DNA of 64,000 nucleotides from Oopsacas minuta (lineage: Eukaryota > Animalia > Porifera), in contig JAKMXF010000018.1 in the NCBI GenBank assembly GCA_024704765.1, positions 30,339 through 94,338 on the forward strand, in the 5' to 3' direction. The notes below the pieces were generated by a model that had not been told where the DNA came from, ran no database searches, and saw nothing but the letters and a program-made list of their open reading frames with translations. Below, in pieces: positions 1 to 19,241 of the stretch (position 1 is its first letter; each line of letters opens with the position of its first letter). The position numbers and the translations under genes were made by a program.

Positions 1-3000
1 AAAATAATATTTGTTTAAGAGGTGATTGTGTTGACAGAGTTGTTGTCCAATCAGATTCAGGCCTCTATGTGACGAATACTTCACACCTTTTCTACTCGCT
101 TGACTTTTATACAATTCAGACCTGTGTCTGTGAGGACAAGTACATAGGGAAGAGGTGTGAGAGGAGAGTTAATCCTTGTACCGATTATACACCCTGTATG
201 AATCATGGATTCTGTACTTACTATCCAGTAGAAGACGAGTATGTTTGTTTCTGCCAGAAACTATTCACAGGTACCTTTAATTAACACCCCAGGGGATCAT
301 GATATGATAAAAATGTTCCTCTGTGTGCTTATTAGTTATTTAACCATGGATGTCATTTTGAGGACTCCTCGCTTGGTTGGAGTGAGATTTGTATTTACCA
401 TCCATGGTTAATTATCTATAAGGGGCCATTTGTTATTCTTTTAACAATATTCTAGGTTTAAACTGTGAGACACCACTGAGCATATGCGCAAGCAATCCTT
501 GCAATAATGGAGATTGTGTCGATCAGGGTAACACCTTTAGATGCATATGTCCTCCTGGGTATACAGGAGATAGATGTGAAGTATACCTAGGGTTCTGTCC
601 AACTAATGGAGCCAACCCTTGTAACAACGGAGGTACATGTGTGGATGGAGAGGACGGATATAACTGTGTGTGTCCTCACGGATTTGTTGGTGAGTATAAC
701 TTGATATATGTATTGACCTATCAGATTTGAGGGTTCACCCAGATATATATATATATATATTTTGACACTATTTTAGGAGAAATATGTCAAACATCAACAC
801 TCTGCTTCTTACATACTTCTTATGTTCAATATGGAACTAACACCTTATCATCTCTTACAAGTATCCCACACACCCGAGCAGATATACATATATCCTTCAG
901 TATGAAAACTACACAACATTCCGGAATCCTGATCTATCTCCAGGGAGACGATATGTTACTATATTTAGAACTAATAAATAGTTCTATACACTATCTGGGA
1001 AGATCGATACAGGAAACTGATTCTTCAGATTTTGTAGAGATATATCCTACTGTTAACGTGTCAGATGGATTGTGGCATACTGTGACACTAAAGAGCTTTA
1101 TTCATGTAGGTTATATACATATTTTCACACCTTTTCTATTCTATAAGTAGAGAAGCGTGACTATATATTTCAACTGCTAACCAGAGTATTATAAAAATTG
1201 GATAATTCTAGAATATTCCATAGAATTCCTCAATTATAGAGGTGAATAGGAATGTAGGAATGTTTTACCAAATCACAAGCAAAAATTTCGAGATTTTCAC
1301 ACTTTTTGACGTCACAGATTCACATATTTATCACCATTCCCCGCTTATATCTTGTATAGGAAGGTTTCGCATCTCTTACAATTGACAACAATAGCCCTCT
1401 ATCTGGCGCCCAAACTGACTCACTAGATCAGCTGGGATTACGTAGACAAGCTAGACTAGCAACAGAAATGTGAGTTTGGAATGTGTAATATTTGCAATAA
1501 TTAAAATATCCTTTTTCTAGTGTTATCCCGCCTATTTCAATTCCTTTAACAATTGGAGGATTAACCAATCATTTACCAGAGTTATTATATCATCCAGCTG
1601 GTAATCTGAATATGGAATTATCTGGTATTAACACCTATGCTAACTTCCTGTTACGTAACAACTCAGTACTAGATTATACAGGTGCTATACGGAACCTTAG
1701 TGTTAATGGAGTGTTACTGTCTATATCGGGTGCTAGTTCTAGTAGACAGGTGAGAATTATATGGATATACATAGTAGACACTTACACCCAGAGGGGTCTT
1801 GTCATATGATTAATCATATCCTGTACTTTAGGTTATATCATCTGCTAGGGAGACAGGAGAATGTGAGCTAGACAGAGCCTGCTCTCTACCAACACCATGT
1901 TCTGATAGAGGAATATGTGTACAACATGATACTGATCATGTATGTATATGTAATGATGGTTATGGAGGAAAGGAATGTCAAATAGGTGAGGATATCTCAG
2001 GTTCCTATAATGATTATTCAGTTCGTATTGACAGTCAGTTGATGTTTATAATGTACTCAATTTGTTTACATGTATCATATCAATATTTGTTTACATATAT
2101 CATATCAATATTTGTTTACGAATGAATCTTCACACAAATCCTTACTGATACTATTTTTAGAAATAATCCCCATAACTCTGAATGGAAAAGGCGCCATATC
2201 CTACCAGCTGTCTAACTTAACAATTGAATATCACCTCAGGACGCTATCTGATTGGTCGATTATAAACAGAACATTAACACGACAATATGAGTACGGATTA
2301 ACACCTCAGAAAGAGTCTTACGGGAGGAGATTAACACCCAGACAGTATATTGAAGTAGATTTTAGAACCCGGAGTGATGATGGTATTATCTTGACAACCA
2401 GAGATACACTTAACTATGCTATTTTAGAGGTAATTATAATTGTCAGGCAAAGATATACATATGATTAATTTTCACACCTTTTAGGTATCTGGTGGTCATA
2501 TCCGGTTCCGGCTAGGAACTCATATTCCTCCTGAGACCTCCTATATCGATACAACTCTCCCAGAGACTGTAACCAATGCATCGCTATTCACAGTTAACGT
2601 AACCATGACGAGAGAGGGTGTAGAGCTATTTATAGGTTCTGAAGATGGTAATGCTTCTCATTGGGTGGAGTTACCCAATCAGATTGCATGGTTAGAAGCT
2701 AATGCTCCAGTACAGCTGGTTTTAGGCGGGAAATACGATACAGTACTAACTGATTACATTAAGACTTCTCAAAACTTCTATGGTATGTAATTTAGTCTAT
2801 TTTAGAACAGTTCCTATAGGGAACAGTTATAGTACCATCCAGGGGGCGAAATTGGTATACTAGGGTGTTGATATTTACAAAATATAGAGATTTATGTTTA
2901 TTAATTTACAAATAATAAACAAACAAACTAGTAATATATTTGTAGAGGGTAGTTCTCATTATATGACACACTAACTAATCTCCCGTTTGGAGTTATAGCT

Positions 3001-5857
3001 ATTCCTCGGGGTTCAAATAACATTCCTTGTTGGTGTCCCTCTGTTCCTATCGTGTGTAGGAGATTGCCTTCTGGAGAGAATACCCGAATTGAGTGAGAGT
3101 ATCTATCGCTAATAACAAAGTTGTTAAGTGGATCTAGACAGAAGAAGAGAGGGCATAACACATCCATTCCTTCTCCACAAGTAATGAGGGAGTGTAGCTT
3201 GTCTCCCTCTAGGGTTAACACGTGCATACACGGGTTGTTATATGGACACAGTACGTACACGCGGTCACGTGACACTTTAACATCAGATGGTTTTGTCATT
3301 AACTGATGAGTAATGTTACGGAGATGATTCAGGTCTGTGTCGTGTATACTGATTCTGTTGTTACCGGTATCTGCCATAAACACGTGACCAATGGGATCTG
3401 TTGTTAGTTGTCTAGGATAGTTGAATTGTCCGTTGTTTGGTCCCTCACCTCCTATCTTCCTAACAATACTCATGTCAGTTAGTGTGAATTGGTTTATAGT
3501 GCCATCTCTCCAGCAGCTGACATACACATTCTCTCTGTGTATAGCTATACCCCATGGCATATTCAGCTGTCCTACACCCAGCTGATTGAGGTACTCTCCT
3601 GTATCAGAGAATATCTCTACTCTCTTATTGCCAAAATTAGCTACGAATATTTGGTGTGTATATTCATGTATAGCTACACCGCATGGAAAATACAACTCGC
3701 CAGGATCTGAACCTCTCTTCCCAGTAGCAACAGTGGAAGTTTGGAATTTATCATAATCTGGTACTCCTACTGGTACCTGTACGATCTCTCCTAGATGGGA
3801 AATGCTCGTTTCTAGGTCACGTGTGTCACACTTCCACTTTAATTGTGTCTCTACGGGGATATTATTTTGCAGGTCTCGTAATTTGTCCTCCATTTCTTGG
3901 ACAATTCTCTCCTGCATCGATTGGAGGGGATTTTCTCTTAGGTCTCCTTGGACGTGTGCCTGAGCCTCTGTCAGTTGGTCGATCATTTGTTGTCTCGTGA
4001 TCTCTGAGGCTCTCTTCTCCTCACGTATGTTACGGACTTGCTCCAGCAACTGAACTCTGCGGACATTCAGTAGCCCTATGAGACCATCTATTGTGTAGTT
4101 GATGTGTGTCTCTATGGGGTCGACAACTTGAGGGGCTATTGGATATCTTTCTGCCATTTGATTGGTTATTAGAAGAATATTTGAATAGTTGATATAGGAA
4201 TTGGTTGCTAGGGATAATCTTGTGTATTTATGGTTGTGTATGAATTGAGTTTTGTAACAACAAAACAACAATAATAATAAGATGATGTGAGTATATTATT
4301 TACAGAATAAACACGAGGTTATGCAGGTGTATGTTATTGTGTCTCGTTGCTAGGATACTGTAAGGAATGTGGTTGAAAGTTCTTTATCAGTAAACTTATT
4401 TTGTATAATTTACAAGTTTGAATAACAAAAACATTAAATTTCCTATTTTGTTTTCGCTCTGCTGTTCACACCTTTAGAGATTAAGACACCATATTTGGCA
4501 TGTATACTCGTAGTGAGATCTAGTCGTGAACTTGACATTTGAAAAGTTTCTAATGTGTATATTTTCACACCTTTTGATACCTTTGTAATTTATACATATT
4601 TGCATAAAATTAGTTTTGGTAGAGTGTTTGTAATCTAATTAGCTCTGTAATGTATTTGTATTCATGTAGACTGTAATTCTATTATATATATATATATATA
4701 TATATATACACTGATTTATCATATGATTAATCATATTTTCACACCTTTTGGTGAATATCTCAAGTTTATCCTAGAATATTTGGTGTGACTATTATCCCTA
4801 ATTACATTATAGGATGTGTTAATGGTATAAAAGTAGCAGGCAGACAACTACCATTACATGAACCAATCAATGGAGAGTTCGGAATATATTCACAGCTGTT
4901 AGGACAGATAGAAGATAGGTGTGATAATTATGGCATATGTACAGCTACTTCCTGTCCTAGAGAGACTACTTGTATTCCTGTGTGGACTGGTATAAGGTTA
5001 GTTCCATATTCTAACACCTTTTGAGTGGATATACAGTTAACTCGGGTCACATGTCCTTTAGGTGTGAATGTGAGCTTGGTAAGCGTTATGACACTACAAC
5101 AGAGAGCTGTGAAGACATAGATGATTGTCTGGAGTCCTCTGGTGTCCCCTGTTATAACGGGGGTGTATGTATAGACGGAATCAACTCATATACCTGTAGC
5201 TGTAGTATGGTATATACAGGATCTGATTGTTTACATATAAATGGTGTTACTATTATGATAATATTAATTGTGATTATTCTATTCTTTGCTGTTGTTTTGT
5301 TGCCATTTATTCTCTGGTTGTTGTTCAGGCTTATTGCTCAGAGGTTTGTTGTTATTTGTTTTATGATTATACACATTTTTGTTTACTCATTTAGTTCTTT
5401 TAGGAACAAAAACAAACATTCAAAGAGAGATAATTATTCAAAATCAAACAATTCTCAACAACAAATTCAAAAACTTAAAAAACACACACAACAATTTATG
5501 GAAAATATACAATCAAGAATTATGAGAAGAAATAGACCCGCAAGGAACCTCTCTCCTCCCTTGAGGAACACTTCTCCTCCCTTGAGGAACATTTCTCCAC
5601 CCTTGAGGAACATTTCTCCTCCTCTAGCTAACTACCCCCCTGAATACTACGAAATGAATTCTCGATCGAAGTTTCCAGAAACTCGTAGAGCACATACTTT
5701 TCCAAGTTCTAACATTCCTAAGCGTAACCATAGCAATACAATGCCCCCCAGACCTTACAGTCCACCTATATCTAACCCTATGAGTCCTGAGCCTGTGAAT
5801 TCCATTCCTGGAAAACGGTTGATAAGGACATTTAATATCTATGATCAGTTTATATAA
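1..5857 (+). CDS. EGF/laminin-G single-pass membrane protein, 3' part (Fat-like cadherin or Crumbs-type ectodomain); 5' end lies outside the window
   Basis: Spliced exons give several EGF repeats (CxNxGxC...CxCxxGYxGxxC), LamG1 (FSMKTTQHSGILIY...DGLWHTV...LTIGG...YTGAIRNLSVNG), EGF, LamG2 (VDFRTRSDDGIIL...LVLGG...FYG|CVNGIKV), EGFs, a hydrophobic TM (VTIMIILIVIILFFAVVLLPFILWLLF) and a Pro-rich tail ending at 5857. This order matches Fat4-type cadherins, but any cadherin repeats would lie upstream of the window. Confidence 0.8.
325..432. mobile_element. Dispersed MITE-like family C (TTAACCATGGATGG...CCATCCATGGTTAA inverted repeat)
   Basis: tgcttattagttatttaaccatggatg (about 327-353) is the exact reverse complement of catccatggttaaataactaataagca (about 10902-10928). 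Partial copies lie near 10830-10900, 12404-12440, 28060-28125 and 28815-28830. Confidence 0.65.
2928..4157 (-). CDS. Intronless coiled-coil + NHL-repeat beta-propeller protein (TRIM-NHL-like, no RING/B-box), nested antisense in an intron
   Basis: Uninterrupted ORF from ATG 4157 (MAERYP...). It has a coiled-coil segment followed by NHL repeats (LYFPCGVAI...IFVANFGNKRVEIF; FNYPRQLTTD...VFMADTGNNRISI; LFEPRGIAI). It lies inside intron 2784-4811 of the EGF/LamG gene. Confidence 0.9.
   Translation of the reverse strand: MAERYPIAPQVVDPIETHINYTIDGLIGLLNVRRVQLLEQVRNIREEKRASEITRQQMIDQLTEAQAHVQGDLRENPLQSMQERIVQEMEDKLRDLQNNIPVETQLKWKCDTRDLETSISHLGEIVQVPVGVPDYDKFQTSTVATGKRGSDPGELYFPCGVAIHEYTHQIFVANFGNKRVEIFSDTGEYLNQLGVGQLNMPWGIAIHRENVYVSCWRDGTINQFTLTDMSIVRKIGGEGPNNGQFNYPRQLTTDPIGHVFMADTGNNRISIHDTDLNHLRNITHQLMTKPSDVKVSRDRVYVLCPYNNPCMHVLTLEGDKLHSLITCGEGMDVLCPLFFCLDPLNNFVISDRYSHSIRVFSPEGNLLHTIGTEGHQQGMLFEPRGIAITPNGRLVSVSYNENYPLQIYY
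5543..5626 (+). repeat. 4 x 21-bp coding tandem repeat (R-N-x-S-P-P-L)
   Basis: aggaacctctctcctcccttg / aggaacacttctcctcccttg / aggaacatttctccacccttg / aggaacatttctcctcctcta. Confidence 0.95.
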
Positions 5858-6126
5858 ATGTATATATTGCTGTGATGGTTTCTATTTGATTGTAAATTTT
5901 GCTTGAATCAATAAATATCTTACATTCTTAGTAACTCTGGGACCTATTGCCCTTCCACAGAGGACAGCAGGGGTCCACAGGATCTCAAGACTTATATTAC
6001 AGGATATGGGCGGGAGGCTACTCGAACACCTATCATGTACGTTTAATTTACACCTGTAATATAGAGACCTAATTACTCACTAACAGTTATATACACACAC
6101 TAAAGCTAACTAAGATCTGTTCTCTA

Positions 6127-13471
<7,345 letters not shown>

Positions 13472-14344
13472 GTTGCTATATTTAGAACTGAAGATAGGGA
13501 TTAATCATATATTGTTATTTATATAAGCTAAGAGACCATTAAACACCCACAATAAGGGACCAACAGAGGAACCTCGTTAGTGAGAACTTTGGATAAAGCG
13601 AGTAACATATCTAATCTGTTTTATGGAAGTAATTATCACGGACACTTTAGATTATATAATTATCACACATACAATAATATGTGGTGTAAGAGGGAGGCAT
13701 TACTAAAGAGCTGTGTCTATGTAGAAGGGAAAAGATAGTGTTAGTGGATGATAAGATTAATCTTATAATATTCTGACAGTCTCTTAATGAATGGAAAGAC
13801 AAATAAAATAACATCACAACAGAAGGCTAGACCCTGACACAGACTCAAGTACCTCCCTACCCTAACAGACACACAAATAGAATACACATACTATAGATAT
13901 ATTAATATATAAGACTACTATATCGAAATATGATATATCTAGCTGAGATTACCATAGACTATCTTTATAATACATCTATAACTAGACAGGACTATAACCG
14001 AGGCTGTGTCAAACGTGACGTAACGCTACAAGGGAAGCGGGGTGGTATGCAAAGTGTGACACACCCATTTCGGTCTCTAATGGTCCCTTAGTACCCTTAC
14101 TGGTATCAGTTACTATCTAGCAAATAGCAATTTCCTCATAGTATCAGAGTTATGTAACATCATATACAACACCAATGAATGGTAAGCTTGATAGCATAGG
14201 AGATGGGATAGAGTAAGATATGGGTTGTTATTATGATGTATATCACATAGTTATTCATAGGACATAGCAACGAGTATTTGAGAGAGGTATTGGAGCGATG
14301 TCAATATACAGGACCCCAGACTTCACGGGGCTATAACCAACACA

Positions 14345-14415
14345 GGAGGCGGAGGGGTTCGAACCTAGCACTCTCGTGTTCGGCGGCTATGCCGTCACAT
14401 ACCTACATTTATGGC
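14345..14415 (-). mobile_element. tRNA-derived SINE-like remnant
   Basis: The minus strand has a perfect Pol III B-box (GGTTCGAACCC) and a degenerate A-box-like stretch upstream. The acceptor and T stems do not pair, so it is not an intact tRNA. Confidence 0.35.
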
Positions 14416-16407
14416 AAAAACATAACCACACGCTCTTCAATAATTTCTATCAACTAGTTTAGTAATTAACACCCATTATTTGTTAATTATCATATTCGCC
14501 ATCCACAGCATATGTTCTTAGCAACATCTCTGGTATTACAATATGAATAATTAGATTATAAACTAGTTTGTGTGGTGCTTAGGAATGCTATGCACTAGTG
14601 GGTGATAACAAATTGTATAAGAAAGGAGCCTAAGAGGACAGGAAATTAGAGAACTGCTATCACTGGCTTAGTGCCTAGAATATAAATTAACTATCCCCTG
14701 CTCAAACATTTCTAATATTCTATTAAAGCAAATTAGCTAGAATTTGTAAATATATAATAGGTGTCAAAATATGCAGAAGAATCCCAGAATTATGGAAATA
14801 TTTATATAAATATTCAACTACAAACAGACACTGAAACCAGTGTTATTTATCCGTATAAGTATCACACAATGTAGCTGACAGATACCACATTTCTCATATT
14901 ATTATTAGCATATTTACAGAATAGTTGCATATTTTTTACACCTTTTTAGTGACAACAGAAGTTTGCGTAATTGTTTTATTCGATAATTCCATTAAACCCT
15001 ATATACAAATATTCCTAATGAGCTGATGCTTCCAGTAGCTCTCTTCAAGGATGTTAATTTTACCTTAGCAACTCGTTAACCGCATAGGAATGTATACACG
15101 GCTGATTTCTTTGCTGATATTATACAATGTGGCAATAAAGAGTTAACTACATTCCTGGAATATAATGTACATAATCGTTGCTAGGCAACATAATATCATA
15201 AAAGAAATTCATCAAAGGTTCATTTAAGTTACAGGTGATAGTTCCAATTTGATAGCCACAGGGTTATACAACAAATATAATGTTCAGCAATCTAAGATTG
15301 TGAGAAGCTGTAAGGCCCGCGGGTTCCTAAGATATGGGCGGGAAAGTTGTACCAAGGGGGTCACGGATTAATTAGGATAGGAAATGGGACGGTAGGGTCC
15401 AGCCCTCTCCGCAGATGTTATCCTTACTAAATATAATATCTTTATGATCATGTTAGAGTAATTAATAATCTGGGGAAGGATATACACCAAATTACATGAA
15501 TTACAGCTTCTAGGCGTTAAATGAGATTATTCATCTGTGCATGCCATATGATATCTAATTAATAGCGGGTGATTTAATATATTCCTGAGTGAATAGTTCC
15601 ATATAAGATCGTAACTATCTGGGAGAGGAGCCCACCTTGGACGGTGTAGCAGTAATTCAATAATAGCAGATGCAGTATTTGTATCTTTTGATGTTATATT
15701 TGAGGGGCAATGCTCTTCTTATCTAGCGCTGTTCGAATTAGTTCAGAGTTGTACTTTCCTTAAAATATAGCAATAATTATGTATTAGCCCACAGTGTAAT
15801 TGGATGGAATTAGGTCTTTAGAATATTCTAGAACATCTTTCAAGAGCTGGGGCGTTGGATTACACACGTTTTTACTGTAATTGAATAAATAATATCGAAA
15901 GAATTATGATAAGAGAGGTGTTATCTTTATTGTCTAGTCATATTGACTTACAGATAGTAATAATATATTTAGGCGGGGAAACACCTGCTTTCACGCGGGA
16001 AAAATTGATAAAAAATGAAGATTTGAGGCTGGGAAAATGAAAAATTCTGAGATAAAGTTCAGAAAATTTCCTTCTAATCGATTAAGGACAAACGCAGTTG
16101 CTTAAGATGGAAGGTTACATTCCAACTAACAAACGCGGTAACTATAATACTGTATTATTAAACACCTAGTCTGTAAGGTTAATGTTAAACCATCTATTTT
16201 CAATATATTTTCAATTTCGCAGAGACACAGCTAAACTCTAGACAGCATATGTATGTACAACAACAAGAACAACAAGAACAACAAGAACAACGAGAGGACA
16301 CATTAACGTAGTCCAGCTGAACTTTAAACTAAGGTCTATACAGTTAGTCTAAACATAAGGTAAAGTATAAATAGACGAATATACAACATTCAATATTAAT
16401 ATACAAA

Positions 16408-17838
16408 ATGCTATCTGTTAGTGTAATATTTATAATCCAGGTTATTACTGTATGCTGGAGCAGGTCAATACCTGATGCCACACAACCACCCACATTTAAT
16501 CCGCGGGATCTATGGGATATGCTGAATACAGTAGAGGATGAAGAGAGGACAAAGGAGTACTCAAGGTTCGAACCTGTGTCACAAAGATTCGGTACTTCAC
16601 CTTCCTCATTATATCTAATGGAATTCTACAGATTGATTGGTGAGGATCAGCTGATTGATTCTACTATTAGCACATTCAGTGCATCAACATTTGAAGGTGA
16701 TAAATATATAATATATTCTTAGTTTCAGTAGATATATACACTGATTACGGATAAGTGAACGAATATTTACGCATAATCAGTTCCCTACAATGATTATTCA
16801 GTTGGTATTACTCCGGTTAATACAAACATAATTTGAAAGTCTGTTGGTGTTGGTATTAACGAATTTCTACAGTATTTAATATCCCAGAGATTGCGAAAAC
16901 ACCTTTTAAACAACTCCACTTAATCCGGATAAGTTCCCGTAATAAACGTCTCCAATATTCGTATACAGACACAGATATACATAATTCAAATATGATGACT
17001 ATTGTCTGTAGCTTAATTAGACATGTAAGGTTCTGGTAAAAGCTCTCTCAAATACGTTAATTAATTCAGATTACTTATTGTAAGGATTTTAATGGATTCT
17101 GGCGCCGTACTATTGAAATAGATATGTTATGACCAACACGCAACCATACATATTGCTAATTTACAGAATGCAACTGGTTACATTGTGTGTATTGAAATTG
17201 GTTTTAGAATTAGAAAGGCAAATGCGTTACAAGAATATTTGTAAGCAAATAAGATATTCTATTTCCTACAACCAAATTGGACAGCATATGATGTAACGTA
17301 AACATTTATGAATATGTGTCTGAATATTGTAATCGTATTCTCCTTTCTAGATATAAACCAGCTACGATTATCAAGACCTAATTATCAACACCTCTACAGG
17401 ATGGTACTATCTAAATCTGCTATAAAAGAGCACTACACTGAGGGTACAGACACACAACTGTGGATACCTATATACAACCATGAGCTTATCAGACAAATAA
17501 ACAAAACAAAAAATGATAATTTAAGGGTTTGTATAGCTCAGAAAGATAAGAGGAAGACTCAGTATTGCTACTTCCTAGACACAACACAACTCGACTTAAC
17601 TGAACCAAACGGACACTCATGGATAGGCATAGATATAGCTGAACTAACGAGATTAGAAATGGCATCAGGAAATGACAAGAAACACTTGTATTTATACTTC
17701 TCATTGAGTGGGTGTGTGGCAGTGAATGACAGATGTAACTCAGTAAGCCTATTGGATGATAGTTACGTACAAGTATTGAAACTAGCTAATCCACGTGTTC
17801 CTTTTGTCATAATGACAGATGTGATGTCACTTACTTGA
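16408..17838 (+). CDS. Secreted TGF-beta-propeptide-like protein (258 aa, 2 exons) with no detectable mature cystine-knot domain
   Basis: Signal peptide MLSVSVIFIIQVITVCWS, followed by PSSLYLMEFYR (resembles the PxYMxxLY latency motif), HSWIGIDI (WxxFDI-like) and RVPFVIM (PFLVV-like prodomain end). Exons 16408-16696 and 17351-17838 join in phase (G|AT). ATTAAA at 17864. Confidence 0.6.
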
Positions 17839-18065
17839 TTTGTGTTAAATATACGTTTCGTATATTAAACTTTATAAATAATATAACACTTAAAAAGGTG
17901 TGAAAATCCGTATACAGATGGGTCAGAAATGTGAGGGGGGTATAAGGGTTACTCCCTTGGAGGCTAAAAGGGACCCTATAAGGTCTAATAACTAAATTAT
18001 AAGCTAAATACAATAGTTATAACCTGGATAATGTACATACAATTAGAAGCACTAGGATGAGGGGG

Positions 18066-19241
18066 TCATGTAGATCTGTTGGGATTCTCTGGGGATCTCT
18101 CCCACTCCTTCCACACTAACTGTCGTACTTGTGCCAAGCGGAGAGAGGGATGGGCCTGTCGTAAGAGAGGAAGGTGCTCTCTCTCGAACGTAATGTAACC
18201 AACCTGTGATCTCTTATCTGTAGCCTCGTAGTTAGCACCGTTAAGCACGTGTATAGCTTGATCTATCGATCTAGCATCTCCTGACCCAGGGTCTAGTCTA
18301 TACGAATAATAATAAATCTCAAACCGTATGTAAATAATCGTGTTAGACATTTGAAAGTGTCAAAATCGAATTCTACGTCCCTGTTTACCACAAATTAGCA
18401 GGTGGAAGCTAATCTCTATGATAGTTTGTAATATTGATAAAAAGGTGTGATAATATGAATAATCATATGATATATAAACAAAATATGATCACCTGTTAAT
18501 TGTGTGATTGTAGTTCTCCTGGAGAGGAATATCGGTTACTATGGCAACGGGTTGTTTAGGTGTTGCTGAGGTTATATTTGCTTGGATTTGAGCTTGAGTA
18601 ACCTTTTCAGGGTTTGATTTACCTAAACAATTTTCAACCAATAGAATATCAGCCTACACAGCTGATAAATAATCATACAACAGGACAACACATTTTGTCA
18701 CCTTTTCTTCAAAGTATTACGCGACTATAATTAGCGAACAATTGACACCAGATACAGATATAATGTATATCAGCTGATTAGAATTCGGTTAATACGAACA
18801 CCAACGGACTTAACCTGTAATTCGTATTAACGAGCTTCCATTATAAGCCGGTTACTTAATCGAGCACTTATCCAGAAACAGGGACAAGCTAAGCTGGTCC
18901 CCGATTTGATCCTATTAGCGTAGTCCAGTGTATTTGATATCAGCTGTTCAGATACAATATGGTACATATTGGTACTGACCCTTGGGTTTAATTTGACTAT
19001 CCATCAGTTGATTATCCTCAGCTGCTAATCTCTTTAGCTCAGCTTTCTTACTAATATCATCAAGACGTTTAGCCTCCTTATCTGACTTCCTCTGTAATTT
19101 CCTCTGTGATAACTTATCCTCATCTTGCCAGTAAGCATCCATCCTTTCTTTCTCAATAGCTAAAGAGGCAACTGTCTTCTGGGCAGTCTTCCGTTGTTTA
19201 GCTGCCTCTGCTTTAGGATGGTTGTATTTCTGTTTACGCAT
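18066..19241 (-). CDS. CCDC124: Coiled-coil domain-containing protein 124 (Lso2-like ribosome-binding factor)
   Basis: DAYWQDEDK, KVTQAQI, IPLQENYN, DARSIDQAIHVL and LRLAQVRQLVWKEWERSPENPN match the CCDC124 family across 3 exons. Confidence 0.92.

Noticed and set aside
2928-4157. Bacterial or horizontal origin of the intronless NHL gene
   Set aside because: Base composition resembles neighbouring exons, and coiled-coil+NHL is a normal animal TRIM-NHL-like layout. There is no sequence evidence for HGT without a phylogeny.
14345-14415. Functional tRNA gene
   Set aside because: The B-box is present but the acceptor, anticodon and T stems do not pair.
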